Part shown: positions 11,082-24,100 of the stretch, piece after piece
Position numbering within the stretch: the first letter of the stretch is position 1
Layout: every line of letters starts with the position of its first letter
NCBI RefSeq assembly: GCF_963921235.1
Contig: NC_086097.1
Location: forward strand, 17,856,001 to 17,920,000
From: Mobula hypostoma
Taxonomy: Eukaryota
Direction: 5' to 3'
Length of the DNA: 64,000 nt
Program-made: the position numbers and the translations under genes
Notes under the pieces: generated by a model
What the model saw: the letters and a program-made list of their open reading frames with translations, nothing else
The model's database searches: none
What the model was told of the DNA's origin: nothing

Positions 11082-12225
11082 GGGTGTTAAATGTTTTCCT
11101 GATTTATTTGTTGGAGATAGTCTCTCTTCATTTGAACAACTGTCAGTTAAGTATAGCCTACCGAGAACTCACTTTTTTCGATATTTACAAATTAGAGACT
11201 TCTTGCGTCCTCAAGTACATACGTTTCCTAAAAGTTCAGATAAAAATTTACTTGATATAATTTTAATTTGAAACCCTTCCATAATGCATCTATGTCTAAT
11301 ATTTATGGTATGTTGTTGGGAATGAGAAATATTCCTTTAGATAAAATTAGAAATCTTTGGGAACAAGATTTACAGAATTCAATTTCTGAGGACACTTGGA
11401 ATGAAATTTTTAAATTGGTTAATACCTCATCGTTATGTGCCCGTCATTCCGTCATTCCCTTCTACAATTTAAAGTGGTTCATAGGGCCCATATGTCTAAA
11501 GATAAGCTGTCTCATTTTTATTCGGATATATCTCCCTTTTGTAATAGATGTAATAATGGAGAAACTTCACTAATCCATATATTTTGGACTTGTCCGAGTC
11601 TTGAAAAATATTGAAAGGAAGTATTTCAAACTTTTTCGGTGCTTTTTAAAGTAAATTTTAAACCTAATCCTTTTACTGCCTTATTTGGTATTGTTGGAGG
11701 AAATGATATTATTTTGGAGACACATGATCTGCATATTTTGGCCTTTATTTCTCTCATAGCCAGGAGAGAATTGTTGCTTAAGCAGACGGATGCCACTCCA
11801 CCTACTCATACTCATTGGTTACATGATGTTATGTCTTGCTTAAATTTAGAGAAGATTCGCTGTTCAATTTCTGAACCTAGACAAGATTTTTTTAGCATTG
11901 TGGGGAGCTTTTTTGAATTATTTTCAAAATCTTTGATTTGCTATTAAACACAGATGTTGGCTAATAATATGTTTTACTATGTGTTAAGGATTTCTTCCTT
12001 TTTTTTAACCTAACAGCTGTTTTTTTTTCCGGTAGTGGGTTCAGATTTTTTGTATAATAAAATTATCTTTTTTCAATATTATGTTTAAATTTAATTTTAT
12101 ATGGATATGGGGTAATTGCACTTTATCTGTGATTTCAATATATTGTAATCGATATATATTATATATCCTACTGTACTCTGTATTTTTTATGTAAGAAATT
12201 AATAAAAATATTGAAAAAGAAAGAA

Positions 12226-13595
12226 AGAACAGTACAGCCCAGGAACAGGCCCTTTGGCCCAAAATGTTATGCCAAACCAGTTAAATTAGTGATCAAATTG
12301 CTAACTAAACTAATTTCTTCTGCCTACACAATGTCCATATCCCTCTATTTTCCTCATATTCATGCGCCTATCTAAACGTCACTTAAATGTCCCAAGTATA
12401 TCTGCCTCTACCACCAGGCAAGACATTCCAAGCACCTACCACTCTCTGTAAAAAAAAAAAAAAAAAAACTTGCCCTTCACATCTCCTTCAAAATGACCTC
12501 CTCTCACTTTTAATGCATGCCCTCATGTAATAGACACTTCAACCTTGGGAAAAAGATACTCTCTGTCTACTGTATCTATGCCTTTCATAATCTTATAAAC
12601 CTCCATCAGGTTAGTCTAACCTCTCATTATAGCATATGCCAGGCAGCATCCTGGTAAACTTCTGCACACTTTCCAAAGCCTCAACTTCCTTCTGATAATG
12701 GGGTGACCAGAACTGCATGCAATACTCCAAATGCAGCCAAACTAGAGTTTTATAAATTATAAATCGGCAGCATATCTTCCTGACTTTTAACCTCAATGCC
12801 TCAACTAATAGTGGTACTGTAAGCATGCCATATTCCTTTTTAACCACTCTATCAACCTTTGTAGCCACTTTCGGGGTGCTATGAATATGGACCATCTGCT
12901 CATTAACACTGTTAAGAGTCTTGCCCTTAATGGTGTACTGTCCCTATACATTTGACCTGCCAAGGTACAACACTTCACATTTAGCTAGGTTAAATTTCAT
13001 TTGCCATTTCTCCAAACTTATCTGCAATTAATCTATATTCCACTGTATTCTTTGTAAGTCATCTGCAGTATCCACAACACCACCAATCTTAATATCATTT
13101 GCAAACTTACTAACCCATTTATCTACATTTTCATCCAGGTCATTCATATACATAACTAACAGCAGAGGTCCCAGGCAAAATCACTATGGAACACTACTAA
13201 TCATAAACTTCAAGCCGGAATAAGTCCCTTCAACCACTACCAGTATGTCTTCTATGGGCAAGCCAGTTCTGAATCCAAACATCAATTCACCATTGATCCC
13301 ATGCACCATAATCTTCTTGATGAGGCTCCAGTGAGGGATCTTGTCAAACACCTTATTAAAATCTATGTAGATAACTGCTCTACCTTCATTAATCACCCAC
13401 CTCACCTCATCAAAAAACTCTTATCCAGTTAGTAAGACACAACTTGTCCCATACAAAGCCATGCTGACACTCCCTACTTTAGCCATGGTTTTCCCAATGC
13501 TCATAAATCCTATCTCTAAGAATACTCTCTTTTAACTTCCTACCACTGATATGAGACTTATCAGTCTATAGTTTTCAGGATTATCCCTGGTAACC
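12226..13595 (-). mobile_element. Degenerate CR1 LINE (RT to 3' end); its tail continues at 4352-4372
   Basis: ORFs with YKTLVWLHLEYCMQFWSP and YIDFNKVFDKIPH. Its 3' tail is the L1 insertion site. Confidence 0.85.
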
Positions 13596-13681
13596 CTTAG
13601 GTTCCCCTTAAATATTTCTCCTTTTACCCTTAATCTGTGCCCTCTGGAAAAAAGTCTGCTTGCATTAACTTTATATATAAA

Positions 13682-14666
13682 TTTTACAATATATATTAAT
13701 GACTTGGATGAGGGAATTAAATGCAGCATCTCCAAGTTTGCGGATGACACGAAGCTGGGTGGCAGTGTTAGCAGTGAGGAGGATGCTAAGAGAATGCAGG
13801 GTGACTTGGATAGGTTGGGTGAGTGGGCAAACTCATAGCAGATGCAATTTAATGTGGATAAATGTGAAGTTATCCACTTAGGTGGCAAAAATAGGAAAAC
13901 AGATTATTAACTGAATGGTGGCCGGTTAGGAAAAGGGGAGGTGCAACGAGACCTGGGTGTCATTATACACCAGTCATTGAAAGTGGGCATGCAGGTACAG
14001 CAGGCGGTGAAAAAGGCGAATGGTATGCTGGCATTTATAGCGAGAGGATTCGAGTACAGGAGCAGGGAGGTACTACTGCAGTTGTACAAGGCCTTGGTGA
14101 GACCACACCTGGAGTATTGTGTGCAGTTTTGGTCCCCTAATCTGAGGAAAGACATCTTTGCCATAGAGGGAGTACAAAGAAGGTTCACCAGATTGATTCC
14201 TGGGATGGCAGGACTTTCATATGAAGAAAGACTGGATGAACTGGGCTTGTACTCGTTGGAATTTAGAAGATTGAGGGGGGATCTGATTGAAACGTATAAA
14301 ATCCTAAAGGGATTGGACAGGCTAGATGCAGGAAGATTGTTCCCGATGTTGGGGAAGTCCAGAACGAGGGGTCACAGTTTGAGGATAGAGGGGAAGCCTT
14401 TTAGGACCGAGATTAGGAAAAACTTCTTCATACAGAGAGTGGTGAATCTGTGGAATTCTCTGCCACAGGAAACAGTTGAGGCCAGTTCATTGGCTATGTT
14501 TAAGAGGGAGTTAGATATGGCCCTTGTGGCTACAGGGGTCAGGGGGTATGGAGGGAAGGCTGGGGCGGGGTTCTGAGTTGGATGATCAGCCATGATCATA
14601 ATAAATGGCGGTGCAGGCTCGAAGGGCCGAATGGCCTACTCCTGCACCTATTTTCTATGTTTCTAT
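13682..14666 (+). mobile_element. CR1 family A, 5'-truncated young copy
   Basis: KFADDTK and YKALVRPHLEYCVQFWSP motifs, (TTCTATGT)n tail; two nonsense changes; inserted into an older minus-strand CR1 fragment at a TATATA site. Confidence 0.92.
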
Positions 14667-14814
14667 ATACCTTTTATAATTTTGTATACCTCCATCAAAT
14701 GTTCTTGTTAATCACGTTAAGATGTGAAAACCACATATAGCTATGTATACAGGAGATGGGATGTTATGTTCAAATTGTATAAGACATTGGTGAGGCCTAA
14801 TTTGGAATATTGTG

Positions 14815-14852
14815 CAGTCGACATTTCAGGCCGAGACCCTTCGTCAGGACTA
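14815..14852 (-). ncRNA. Minimal hammerhead ribozyme motif (inverted arm)
   Basis: Same layout; ACGU palindrome changed to AUGU. Confidence 0.65.
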
Positions 14853-15143
14853 ACTGAAGGAAGAGTGAGTAAGGGATTTGAAAGTTGGAGGGGGAGGGGG
14901 AAATCCAAAATGATAGGAGAAGACAGGAGGGGGAGGGATAGAGCCAAGAGCTGGACAGGTGATAGGCAAAAGGGGATACGAGAGGATCATGGGACAGGAG
15001 GTCCGGGAAGAAAGACGGGAGGGGGGACCCAGAGGATGGGCAAGAGGTATATTCAGAGGGACAGAGGGAGAAAAAGGAGAGTGAGAGAAAGAATGTGTGC
15101 ATAAAAATAAGTAACAGATGGGGTACGAGGGGGAGGTGGAACC

Positions 15144-15437
15144 TTAGCGCAAGTTAGAGAAGTCGATGTTCATGCCATCAGGTTGGAGGCTACCCAGACG
15201 GAATATAAGGTGTTGTTCCTCCAACCTGAGTGTGGCTTCATCTTTACAGTAGAGGAGGCCGTGGATAGACATGTCAGAATGGGAATGGGATGTGGAATTA
15301 AAATGTGTGGCCACTGGGAGATCCTGCTTTCTCTGGCGGACAGAGCGTAGATGTTCAGCAAAGCGGTCTCCCAGTCTGCGTCGGGTCTCGCCAATATATA
15401 AAAGGCCACATCGGGAGCACCGGACGCAGTATATCAC
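15144..15437 (-). pseudogene. PLE GIY-YIG endonuclease domain (inverted arm, open frame but N-terminally truncated)
   Basis: 97-aa ORF IYCVRCSRCGLLYIGETRRRLGDRFAEH...EEQHLIFRLGSLQPDGMN. Confidence 0.85.
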
Positions 15438-16252
15438 CCCAGTCGACTCACAGGTGAATCCTGAGGCACATCCTGAGAGCAGATGCAGCGCTCCCTACGC
15501 AACTCCCTTGTCCATTCGTCCCCCCCATCCCTCCCCACTGATCTCCCTCCTGGCACTTATCCGTGTAAGCGGAACAAGTGCTACACATGCCCTTACACTT
15601 CCTCCCTTACCACCATTCAGGGCCCCAAACAGACCTTCCAGGTGAGGCAACACTTCACCTGTGAGTCGACTGGGGTGATATACTGCGTCCGGTGCTCCCG
15701 ATGTGGCCTTTTATTTATTGGCGAGACCTGATGCAGACTGGGAGACCGCTTTGCTGAACATCTACACTCTGTCCGCCAGAGAAAGCAGGATCTCCCAGTG
15801 GCCACACATTTTAGTTCCACATCCCATTCCCATTCTGACATGTCTATCCACGGCCTCCTCTACTGTAAAGATGAAGCCACACTCAGGTTGGAGGAACAAC
15901 ACCTTATATTCCGTCTGGGTAGCCTCCAACCTGATGGCATGAACATCGACTTCTCTAACTTCCGCTAAGGTTCCACCTCCCCCTCGTACCCCATCTGTTA
16001 CTTATTTTAATGCACACATTCTTTCTCTCACTCTCCTTTTTCTCCCTCTGTCCCTCTGAATATACCTCTTGCCCATCCTCTGGGTCCCCCCCCCCCTTGT
16101 CTTTCTTCCCGGACCTCCTGTCCCAAGATCTTCTCATATCCCCTTTTGCCTCTCACCTGTCCAGCTCTTGGCTCTATCCCTCCCCCTCCTATCATTTTGG
16201 ATCTCCCCTTCCCCCTCCAACTCTCAAATCCGTTACTCACTCTTCCTTCAGT

Positions 16253-16290
16253 TAGTCCTGACGAAGGGTCTCGGCCTGAAACGTCGACTG
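16253..16290 (+). ncRNA. Minimal type-I hammerhead ribozyme motif of the PLE
   Basis: UAGUC-CUGACGA-A-GGGU(CUCG)GCCU-GAAA-CGUC^GACUG: stem I, both core boxes, stem II, and a palindromic ACGU in place of stem III. Confidence 0.78.
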
Positions 16291-16890
16291 CACCTCTTCC
16301 TACAGATGCTGCCTGGCCTGCTGCGTTCACCAACAACTTTAATGTGTGTTGCTTGAATTTCCAGCATCTGCAGAATTCCTCGTGTTTGCATATATCCTTT
16401 ACTGTTTAATTCCAAGATATTCAGAGGGCAGTTAAACGTCATTGGTGATATGGGCTGGTGTCAAAGACATGAACTTTCTCAAAGAACGCAATGGAACATT
16501 TGTGAATATGATAGTTTAAGTGCATTATAATCATTTACTCTTAATCACTTCACTACTCCCTCTTCCAAATGGTTACATAACTAAATTCTGAGAATTCAAC
16601 TAAGTCTCTAGAATTTTCCCATTTTAGGTACTCAGAGAATTGAAAATAACTTACACTCAGATTTTATGGATCCTTAAGTGGCTAATAAGGCATATGTGGA
16701 AACAGCAGACTCTTCCTTATATAGAGCAGATAGTGGTTGATGGGATTGGTTGGTGTACAGGTTGAAGGGTGGCTGGCTTCTTTTGCCACAACCACAGGAT
16801 CTTGATGATTTTAATATTATTGTGAATGCTGTTTCTCCACTTTGAGTAGTAGTGGACCTGATATTCCCAAACCAGTGAGTTGTTTTTTTT

Positions 16891-16916
16891 ATATTATATA
16901 TATATATATATATATA
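16891..16916. repeat. (TA)n microsatellite
   Basis: Direct reading; it lies next to the R4 element tail. Confidence 0.85.
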
Positions 16917-16939
16917 AAAAATATATTTCAAATAATTAA

Positions 16940-17600
16940 TTTATTTATTTTTTCCCCTCATCCCTTATGGGTGATGTGTATATGCATTTTTCCCTCAATC
17001 GTGGGTCCTCCACCAGAGGCCTGGGAGCTTAAAGGTTCAGCGCAGTATCCTTGCTGTTCCTAGTAGTGCGCTCTTCTGCACTGAGATCCCAGATGTTGTT
17101 CCTGTGATTTGTTGGAACCAATCTCCCAGTCCAAGTGTCACAGCTCCAAATGCTCCTATCACCATTGGGATTACTCTGGGTTTAATCTTGCACATCTTTT
17201 ATATCTGCTTTTTCAAGTCCTGTTATTTCTCCATTTTCTCATATTCTTTCTTCCTGATATTACTGTCGTTTGCAATTGCCACATCTATTACTATTGCTTT
17301 CTTCTGTTCCTTGTCCAGCATTACTATGTCTGGCTGGTTGGCCATTACCTGCTTATCAGTCTGTATTTGGAAGTCCCACAGGACTTTCTCCTCTACCTTC
17401 TCGGGTGGTTCCCATTTGGACTTGGGAGTGTCCAATCCATACTCAGAGCGGATGTTCCTGTACACAATTCCTGCAACTTGATTGTGTCATTCAGTGTATG
17501 CTGTCCCTGCCTGCATTTGCACCCTGCTACTATGTGCTGGATGGTTTCAGCAGATTCAATGCACAGTTTGCATCTTGGGTCTTGTCTGGTGTGATGTGAT
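16940..17600 (-). mobile_element. R4/Dong (Rex6-like) non-LTR retrotransposon 3' fragment with restriction-like endonuclease
   Basis: CKLC...ETIQHIVAGC zinc knuckle, (R)HNQVA, LWDFQIQTD, NQPDIV...IDVA and KEYEKMEK motifs; A/T-rich tail. Confidence 0.85.
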
Positions 17601-18094
17601 AGCTAGACCCCAAGAACAATGTATTTTTTTTATATAGGCTTTAAATCTTTTCCCCAGTCATCCTGGTAAAGGCTTTCCCTGATAAAGCTCTGAGTGTGCA
17701 ACTACAGATTACAAACAGAAAGACACTGAAAGACAGATGAGTTTGTCATATGGATTGGACAATTTAGTTATAGATTGTAAATCACAAAGCTGTACAATAG
17801 TTCACTGTCTGGTTGATGTTCTTGAAAAGGGAGGTGAGTGTGGTAGTTCAGGTTTGGGGAGCAAGAGTGAAGAGGCTCAGGTACCCTACCTCCACTGAAC
17901 CTTATTTCTCGGTTGCTAATTACTGGTGACAGATGTAACTACCCATAAAATTCTCCAAATGACTGTCATGTCCACAGAGACTGCAAATCTGTACAAAGAA
18001 AAAAAAAATCAGCATTCATAAAATTTGCTTAATAGCAGGTTTTCTTTATTGTCAGGTGCTACTATTTATTATCAAGAGGGGGACAGTTGACCGT

Positions 18095-20340
18095 TATAGA
18101 GTCAGTATTGCATTTTGACCCAACTTATCCATGTCAACCATTGTCCTATGAGCTCATCCTATCTGCCTGTGTTTAGCCCATAGCCCTCTAAAACTCTCCT
18201 ATCTGTGTACTTGTCTAGATTACTTTTAAACTTTGCTCATAAGACCGTAAGACGTAGGAGCAGAATTAGGCTGAATCTGCTCTGCCATTTCCTTTAATGC
18301 CCTGACCGAACAAGAAACTATCAACTTTCACCTTAAATATACTCACCATCTGGGTCTCCACCGCAGTCTGTGGCAGAGCATTCAACAGATTCACCACTCT
18401 CTGGCAAAAAAAAAAAATCCTCTGTACCTCCACTCTAAAGGGTCTCTCCTCAATTTTGAGGCTTCGCCCTCTAGTTCCAGATACACCCACCAGAGAAAAC
18501 ATCCCCTCTACATCCCCCCATCTAGTTCTTTCAACATGTAGTTCGATGAGATCCCCTCTTTTCCCAAAGAGTACAGGTGCAAAGCAGCCAAAGAGTCCTC
18601 ATATGTTAATCCCTTCATTCCCAGAATCATCCTTAGAAACCTCCTCTAGACTCTCTCCAATGAGAACACATCTTGTGCACATCTCAAGCACTATTCCTCA
18701 CAGCTCATTGCAAATACCCAGCACCTTTTGTGTGAAGAAGCTGCACAATGTCTCTTTTAAATCTTGCCTTTTAAACCTATACCCTCTGGTTTTTAAGCAC
18801 ACTCTTCCCGGGGAAAAGATTTTGTGCTTTCATCCTGTCTATGTCCTCATGATTGTGTATACTTCTATCAGGTCACCCCTCAATCTCCTATATTTCAGGG
18901 AATAAAGTCTACACAACCTTTCCAGTGACTTGGACCCTGAGTCCAAGTAACATCCTGAGAAAGCTTTCTGATTTAATAGCATCTTTCCTATAACAAGGTA
19001 ACTAAGACCGTACACAGTACTCCAAGTGAGACCTCACCAACATCTTCTATAACTGTAACACAACTTCCCAACTCCTGTACTTAGTGTCCTGATTGTTGGA
19101 AGGCCAGTGTGCAAATGCCTTCTTCACCACCCTGCCTACCTGAGATGTTGCTTTCCGCAGACTATGATTTTGTACTCCAAGGTCATTGTTGCATAACACT
19201 CTTCAGGACCTACCATTCACTGTGGAAGACCTACCCTGTTTTAATTTCCCGAAATGCAGTACCTCACATTTCTGGACTGAAAGCCTTTTGTTAATCCTCA
19301 GCCCACATACAACACCTAGTTGTTCAAGATCACTCTGTAATTTTTTTCATATCCCCATATGGTATCTAGAACACCATCTATTTCAGGTATCACCTACAAG
19401 CCTCCTACCTATGCTTTGTATATTCATATTGTTTATATAAATTAAAAACAAGGGTCCCAGCATCAACCCTTACGGCACATCACCAGACATGCCCCCAGTT
19501 CGAGAAATAACTTTCAGCTATCAGCCTCTTGCTTCCTACCACTGAGCTAATTACGAATCCAGTCAACTACCTCCCTCTGGATCCAGGAAACTAATCTTCC
19601 AGACTAGCATGCCATGAGGGACCTTGACAAAGGCCATATAGACAACATCCACTGTCTTACTCTCATCTACTCTTTTAGTTACCTCTTCGAAGAACTCCAA
19701 GGAATTTTTCAGACACCACCCCCTATGTACAAAACCATACTAATGGCCCCAAATCAGACCTTGCCTCTTCAAATGTTGATACATCCTGTCCCTCATTATC
19801 CTCTCCAGCAATTTACCCATCACTGATGTCAGACTCACCAACCTATAGTTTAATAACTTGTTTTTCTATCTTTTTAAAAGTGGTGCCATATTAGCCACTT
19901 CCATCCTCCAGAATGGCACCTGTGGCCAGAATTGAAGTAAAAATTTCTCCAAGGCCATTAAATTTTCTTTCCTGGCTTTCCTCAATGTTTGGGTGTGCAC
20001 CAAGACAGGCCTTGGGTATTTATCCATCTTAATGTAGTTTACGGCCTCCAATACCTCTTCCCTGCTAATCAATATGTTTTCCAAGACATCACCGGTCATT
20101 GCCCTCATTTCTTTAGCTTCTTTCACTTTCTCCATAGTAAACACTGAAGAGAAATATTCGTGAAAAAAAATCTCTTCCATTTCTTTGGCATCCACACACA
20201 GACAGCAATGCTGATCTTTAAGGGATGGATTCTTCCGTAGCCAATCTTTGACACTTAATATACTCAAAGAATCTTCTACGATTTTGGTTCCTCTCACCTG
20301 GCAGATGCTTTTCTTATCCTCTTTTTGCCTTCCTAATTCC
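18095..20340 (-). mobile_element. Degenerate CR1 LINE with a second CR1 3' fragment nested at about 18238-18670
   Basis: ORFs with EYFSSVFT and QRVVNLLNALP; two 3' tails. Confidence 0.8.
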
Positions 20341-20435
20341 CAATGTAGGGAAGTTGAAATCTCCCACAAACTATCCACGATCTCTACACATCTACTCCTC
20401 CAATTCCAGCAGAGTACTCGGGGTCTATTAGGCCT

Positions 20436-21075
20436 TTAGCAAGGCCTTTGACAAGGTCCCACGTGGGACGTTGGTCCAGAAGCTGAAGGTTCAGTCGCTT
20501 GGTATTCAGGTTGAAATAGTAAATTGGATTAAATATCAGATTTGTGGGAGAAGCCAAAGATTGGTAGCAGATAGTTGCCTCTGACTGGAGACTTGTGACT
20601 AGTAGTGTGTTGCAGGGATTGGTGCTGGGTCCATTTGTTGTTTGTCATCTATATCAATGACCTAGATGATAATGCAGTAAATTGGAACAGCAAATATGCT
20701 AATGCCACCAAGATTAGGTAAGCGAGGAAGTCTATCAAAGATTGCAGTGAGATCGGGAACGGTTGGAAAAATGGTCTGTAAAATTGCAGATGGAACCTAA
20801 TGCAGATAAGCATGAGGTATTGCACATTTGGAGGACAAGCCCATGTAGGACGTACTACGTAGGTAGTAGGACACTGCGGAGTGTGGTAGAAGAGAGGGAT
20901 CTGAGGAAACAGATCCATAACTCCTGGAAAATGGCGTCATAGGCAGATGGGTCATGAAGAGCCTTTGGTATATTGGCCTTCATAAATTAAAGTATTGAGT
21001 ACAGGAATTGGAATGTTATGTTGAAGTTGGAATATTGTGTCTAGTTCTGATCACCTACCTACAGGAAAAATGTAA
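20436..21075 (+). mobile_element. CR1 RT fragment
   Basis: FSKAFDKVPRG and YINDLD remnants. Confidence 0.8.
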
Positions 21076-21171
21076 GTAAATGAAACCCCTTGGTTTTCTT
21101 GGCTGCATAAGTCTAGGGAAAACAACCTCCAGCCCCACCAAACTCATGAGATTGAGGCACTCTCCCACCCC

Positions 21172-24100
21172 ATTTTGATCATACCTCCTCTTATTTCCTT
21201 GATTCTGCTTGGCAGCCACGACCTCAACTAATTCATAAGCCTTTTTCAGCTCCCTTCTCATATCAGACACATACTTAAGATAAGTCTTCAGTTGTAGATC
21301 TTCCTCGCTCCCAAAACAGAGGCCGATGGGCAACCTTGCAAGTACCTGGTAACATCATTTCACGTACAGTTGTAGCAGTGGAACAGATGTCCAATATGTT
21401 GACTTCACTTGTTCTTTTTGCTGATCTCCAAGGTTCTGAGCATGTCTAGCAAGGTCCACTTAAACCTCTTGGGCTGAGATCACCCTGCGGGTGCTAAGGC
21501 ATAGTCCTCAACTTCTCGTCTCCAAGCATGCTCAGTAACTCATGTATGAGCCTACTCTCGAAATCCCGTCCCAGATCACTATGTATAGTCATAGTAGTCA
21601 TAGTCATACTTTATTGATCCCGGGGAAAATTGGTTTTCGTTACAGTTGCACCATAAATAATTAAATAGTAATAAAACCATAAATAGTTAAATAGTATTAT
21701 GTAAATTATGCCAGGAAATAAGTCCAGGACCAGCCTATTGGCTTAGGGTGTCTGACCCTCCAAGGGAGGAGTTGTAAAGTTTGATGGCCACAGGCAGGAA
21801 TGACTTCCTATGACGCTCAGTGTTGCATCTCGGTGGAATGAGTCTTTGGCTGAAAGTACTCCTGTGCCCAACCAGTACATTATGTAGTGGATGGGAGACA
21901 TTGTCCAAGATGGCATGCAACTTGGACAGCATCCTCTTTTCAGACACCACCGTCAGAGAGTCCAGTTCCATCCCCACAACATCAGTGGCCTTACGAATGA
22001 GTTTGTTGATTCTGTTGGTGTCTGCCTGGGAAGGCCATAATAAATGAAATACTTCTCCCATAACACTTTGGCCACCATGGACGCCCTCTGATCCTTGGTA
22101 GGGAAAGCTTGCGCATATCTGGTGTAGTGATCCGTAATGACCAAGATATTCGCCATGTTGCTGGCATCTGGCTCTATTGACAGGAAATCCATACAAGGGG
22201 CCCTGAACCCTGCAAGTGGGACAACAGAGTGGCCCTATGAGCAGCCTTTTCCGCTGTGTACATCAAATATATGACTTGCAGCACTCCTCGACCCTGGCCT
22301 CATCCGGGGCCAGAAGAACCGATCTCTGAGCAATCCATGGGTCTTGTCAACCCCCAAATGGCCGGAATCATCATGAAGCGACTTCAACACAATCCTCTGA
22401 TACTTCTCAGGCAAAACCAGCTGAGAACACTGAGGCCAGTCCGGAGGTGACATGACCCAATGTAGGATCTACTTCCTCAACTCCAATCTAGGCTGTTCTG
22501 TCAGTAATTTAGACACCACAGTGTGTTTCATCCTCTCCGCTTGGGCCATCTCTCCTTTTTCGACCGCTGACCAAATGGTACCAATGCCCAGGTCATCTCG
22601 CTGAGCAGCTGCCACTTCCCCAGGACACAATTCCAGCAACTGGTCTGTCTTCAGAGTAGTCAGGTTGCAGTAAGCTTGTGGAATTGCGCCATCAGAAGCT
22701 CCCAATTGATCTACCGCTCGATCCTGCCCTTGACTTTCCTCTGCCTTCACCATGATGGAAAACTGGCACATGACTTTCACTCCCGGGACAGGAATGCTCT
22801 CCCACTCTCCGTCCCCGTCCAACCCATCATGAGAATGTCGGAACAATGCATCGGCATCAATGTTTCTGCTTCCCAGCCAGTCCTTCAGGCTGAAATTGTA
22901 GACAGACAACTCCGCCAAGTACCGATGGCCTGTGGTGTCCAATTTCACTTAGGATAGGATATAAGTTAGGAGACTGTTGTCTGTCCTCACCTCAAACTTG
23001 GCATCATAGAGGTAGTCACTTATCCACCACAGCCAATTTCAATGCCTGGAACTCTAACTTGTGTGAGGGATGGTTTTTCTCAGAGGGTGACAGACTCCGG
23101 CTGACAAATGCAACAGGTCTCAACCTGGTGCCCTGATCCTGATACAGGACACCCCCTAAGCCCTCTCTGCTTGCATCCGTATGCTGTAGATACGGCAATT
23201 GGGGGTCTGCAAAAGCAAGCACAGCTGCTTTTGTCAGCAGCTCCTTCAGTGACTGAAAAGCCTCTTCACATTTCTCATCCCACCTCGCTACGAAGGGCCA
23301 AGATAATCTTTACCCTCCTCTCCTTTTGTTCTCCTCCCTTTCTTCCCCAAAGGAGGTAACCGCACAGAAGCTGATCACACTTTCACGTAGTCCTTCACGA
23401 ACCTTCGATAATAGCCACAAAACCCAAGGAATGAACATAAAGCGCTCACAGTCTGGGGCCTTGGCCATGGGGTCACCACCTCTATCTTAGATGGACCTGT
23501 AACTACTCCACTTTATGAGATTATGTGCCCAACATAGTTGACAGATGCCTTGCAGAGCTGGCATTTGTCCAGGGAAAGTTTTAACCCTTCAGCTTTCAGG
23601 CGGCCCAGTACCTAAAGTAGCCTTGCTTCATGTTCCTCCAAGGTGGACCCGAACTCTATGAGATCATCCCGATACACCAGTACCTCAAGCAAGTTCATAA
23701 CCCCCACCATTTCTCCATGACATGCTGGAAAGTCTCAAAGGTGCCCAATATGCCCTGGGGCATCCTTTCAAACTGGAAGAATCCCAGTGGACATATAAAT
23801 GCCATCTCCTCTTTGTCAGCCTCACTCATAGGGATCTGGTAATACCCATTCCTCAAGTCCAGCACAATGAATCACTTCGCACCACTCAGAAAGGTCAACA
23901 TTTCTTTGATCCTCAGGACCATATACTGGACAGGGATGGTACACCTGTTCAGTGTCCTATAGTCTACACATACCTGTATCTTCCCATTCTTCTTCCTGGC
24001 CACTACAGATGCACAGGGGCTTCGGGATTCAATGCTGATCCCAGTTTCCTTCAACTTACACAAATGCTGCCAAACGTCTTCCACTTCTGCAGGTGCCAGT

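Larger units (their letters stand above)
4373..12225 (+). mobile_element. 5'-truncated, degenerate L1-clade LINE (ORF2 and 3' UTR), interrupted by a Gypsy element
   Basis: Endonuclease C-terminal half (YSRIDYF, SDH), RT motifs (YRPISLLN, SLDAEKAFDRV, GTGQGCPL, YADD), CCHC domain near 11540-11595, AATAAA at 12201 and an A/(GAAA) tail. 15-bp TSD AGAACAGTACAGCCC at 4358-4372 and 12226-12240. Confidence 0.92.
14812..16389 (+). mobile_element. Neptune-type Penelope-like element: GIY-YIG endonuclease end and pseudo-LTR, with an upstream inverted copy
   Basis: CKRNKCYTC linker, VIYCVRCSRCGLL(Y/F)IGET, RFAEH and VATHFN motifs. 14812-15458 is the reverse complement of 15654-16293. Confidence 0.9.

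Noticed and set aside
21735..22196. 153-aa ORF that looks like a novel chimeric protein
   Set aside because: Chance read-through across the junction between the Gypsy integrase and the Rex1/Babar insertion.
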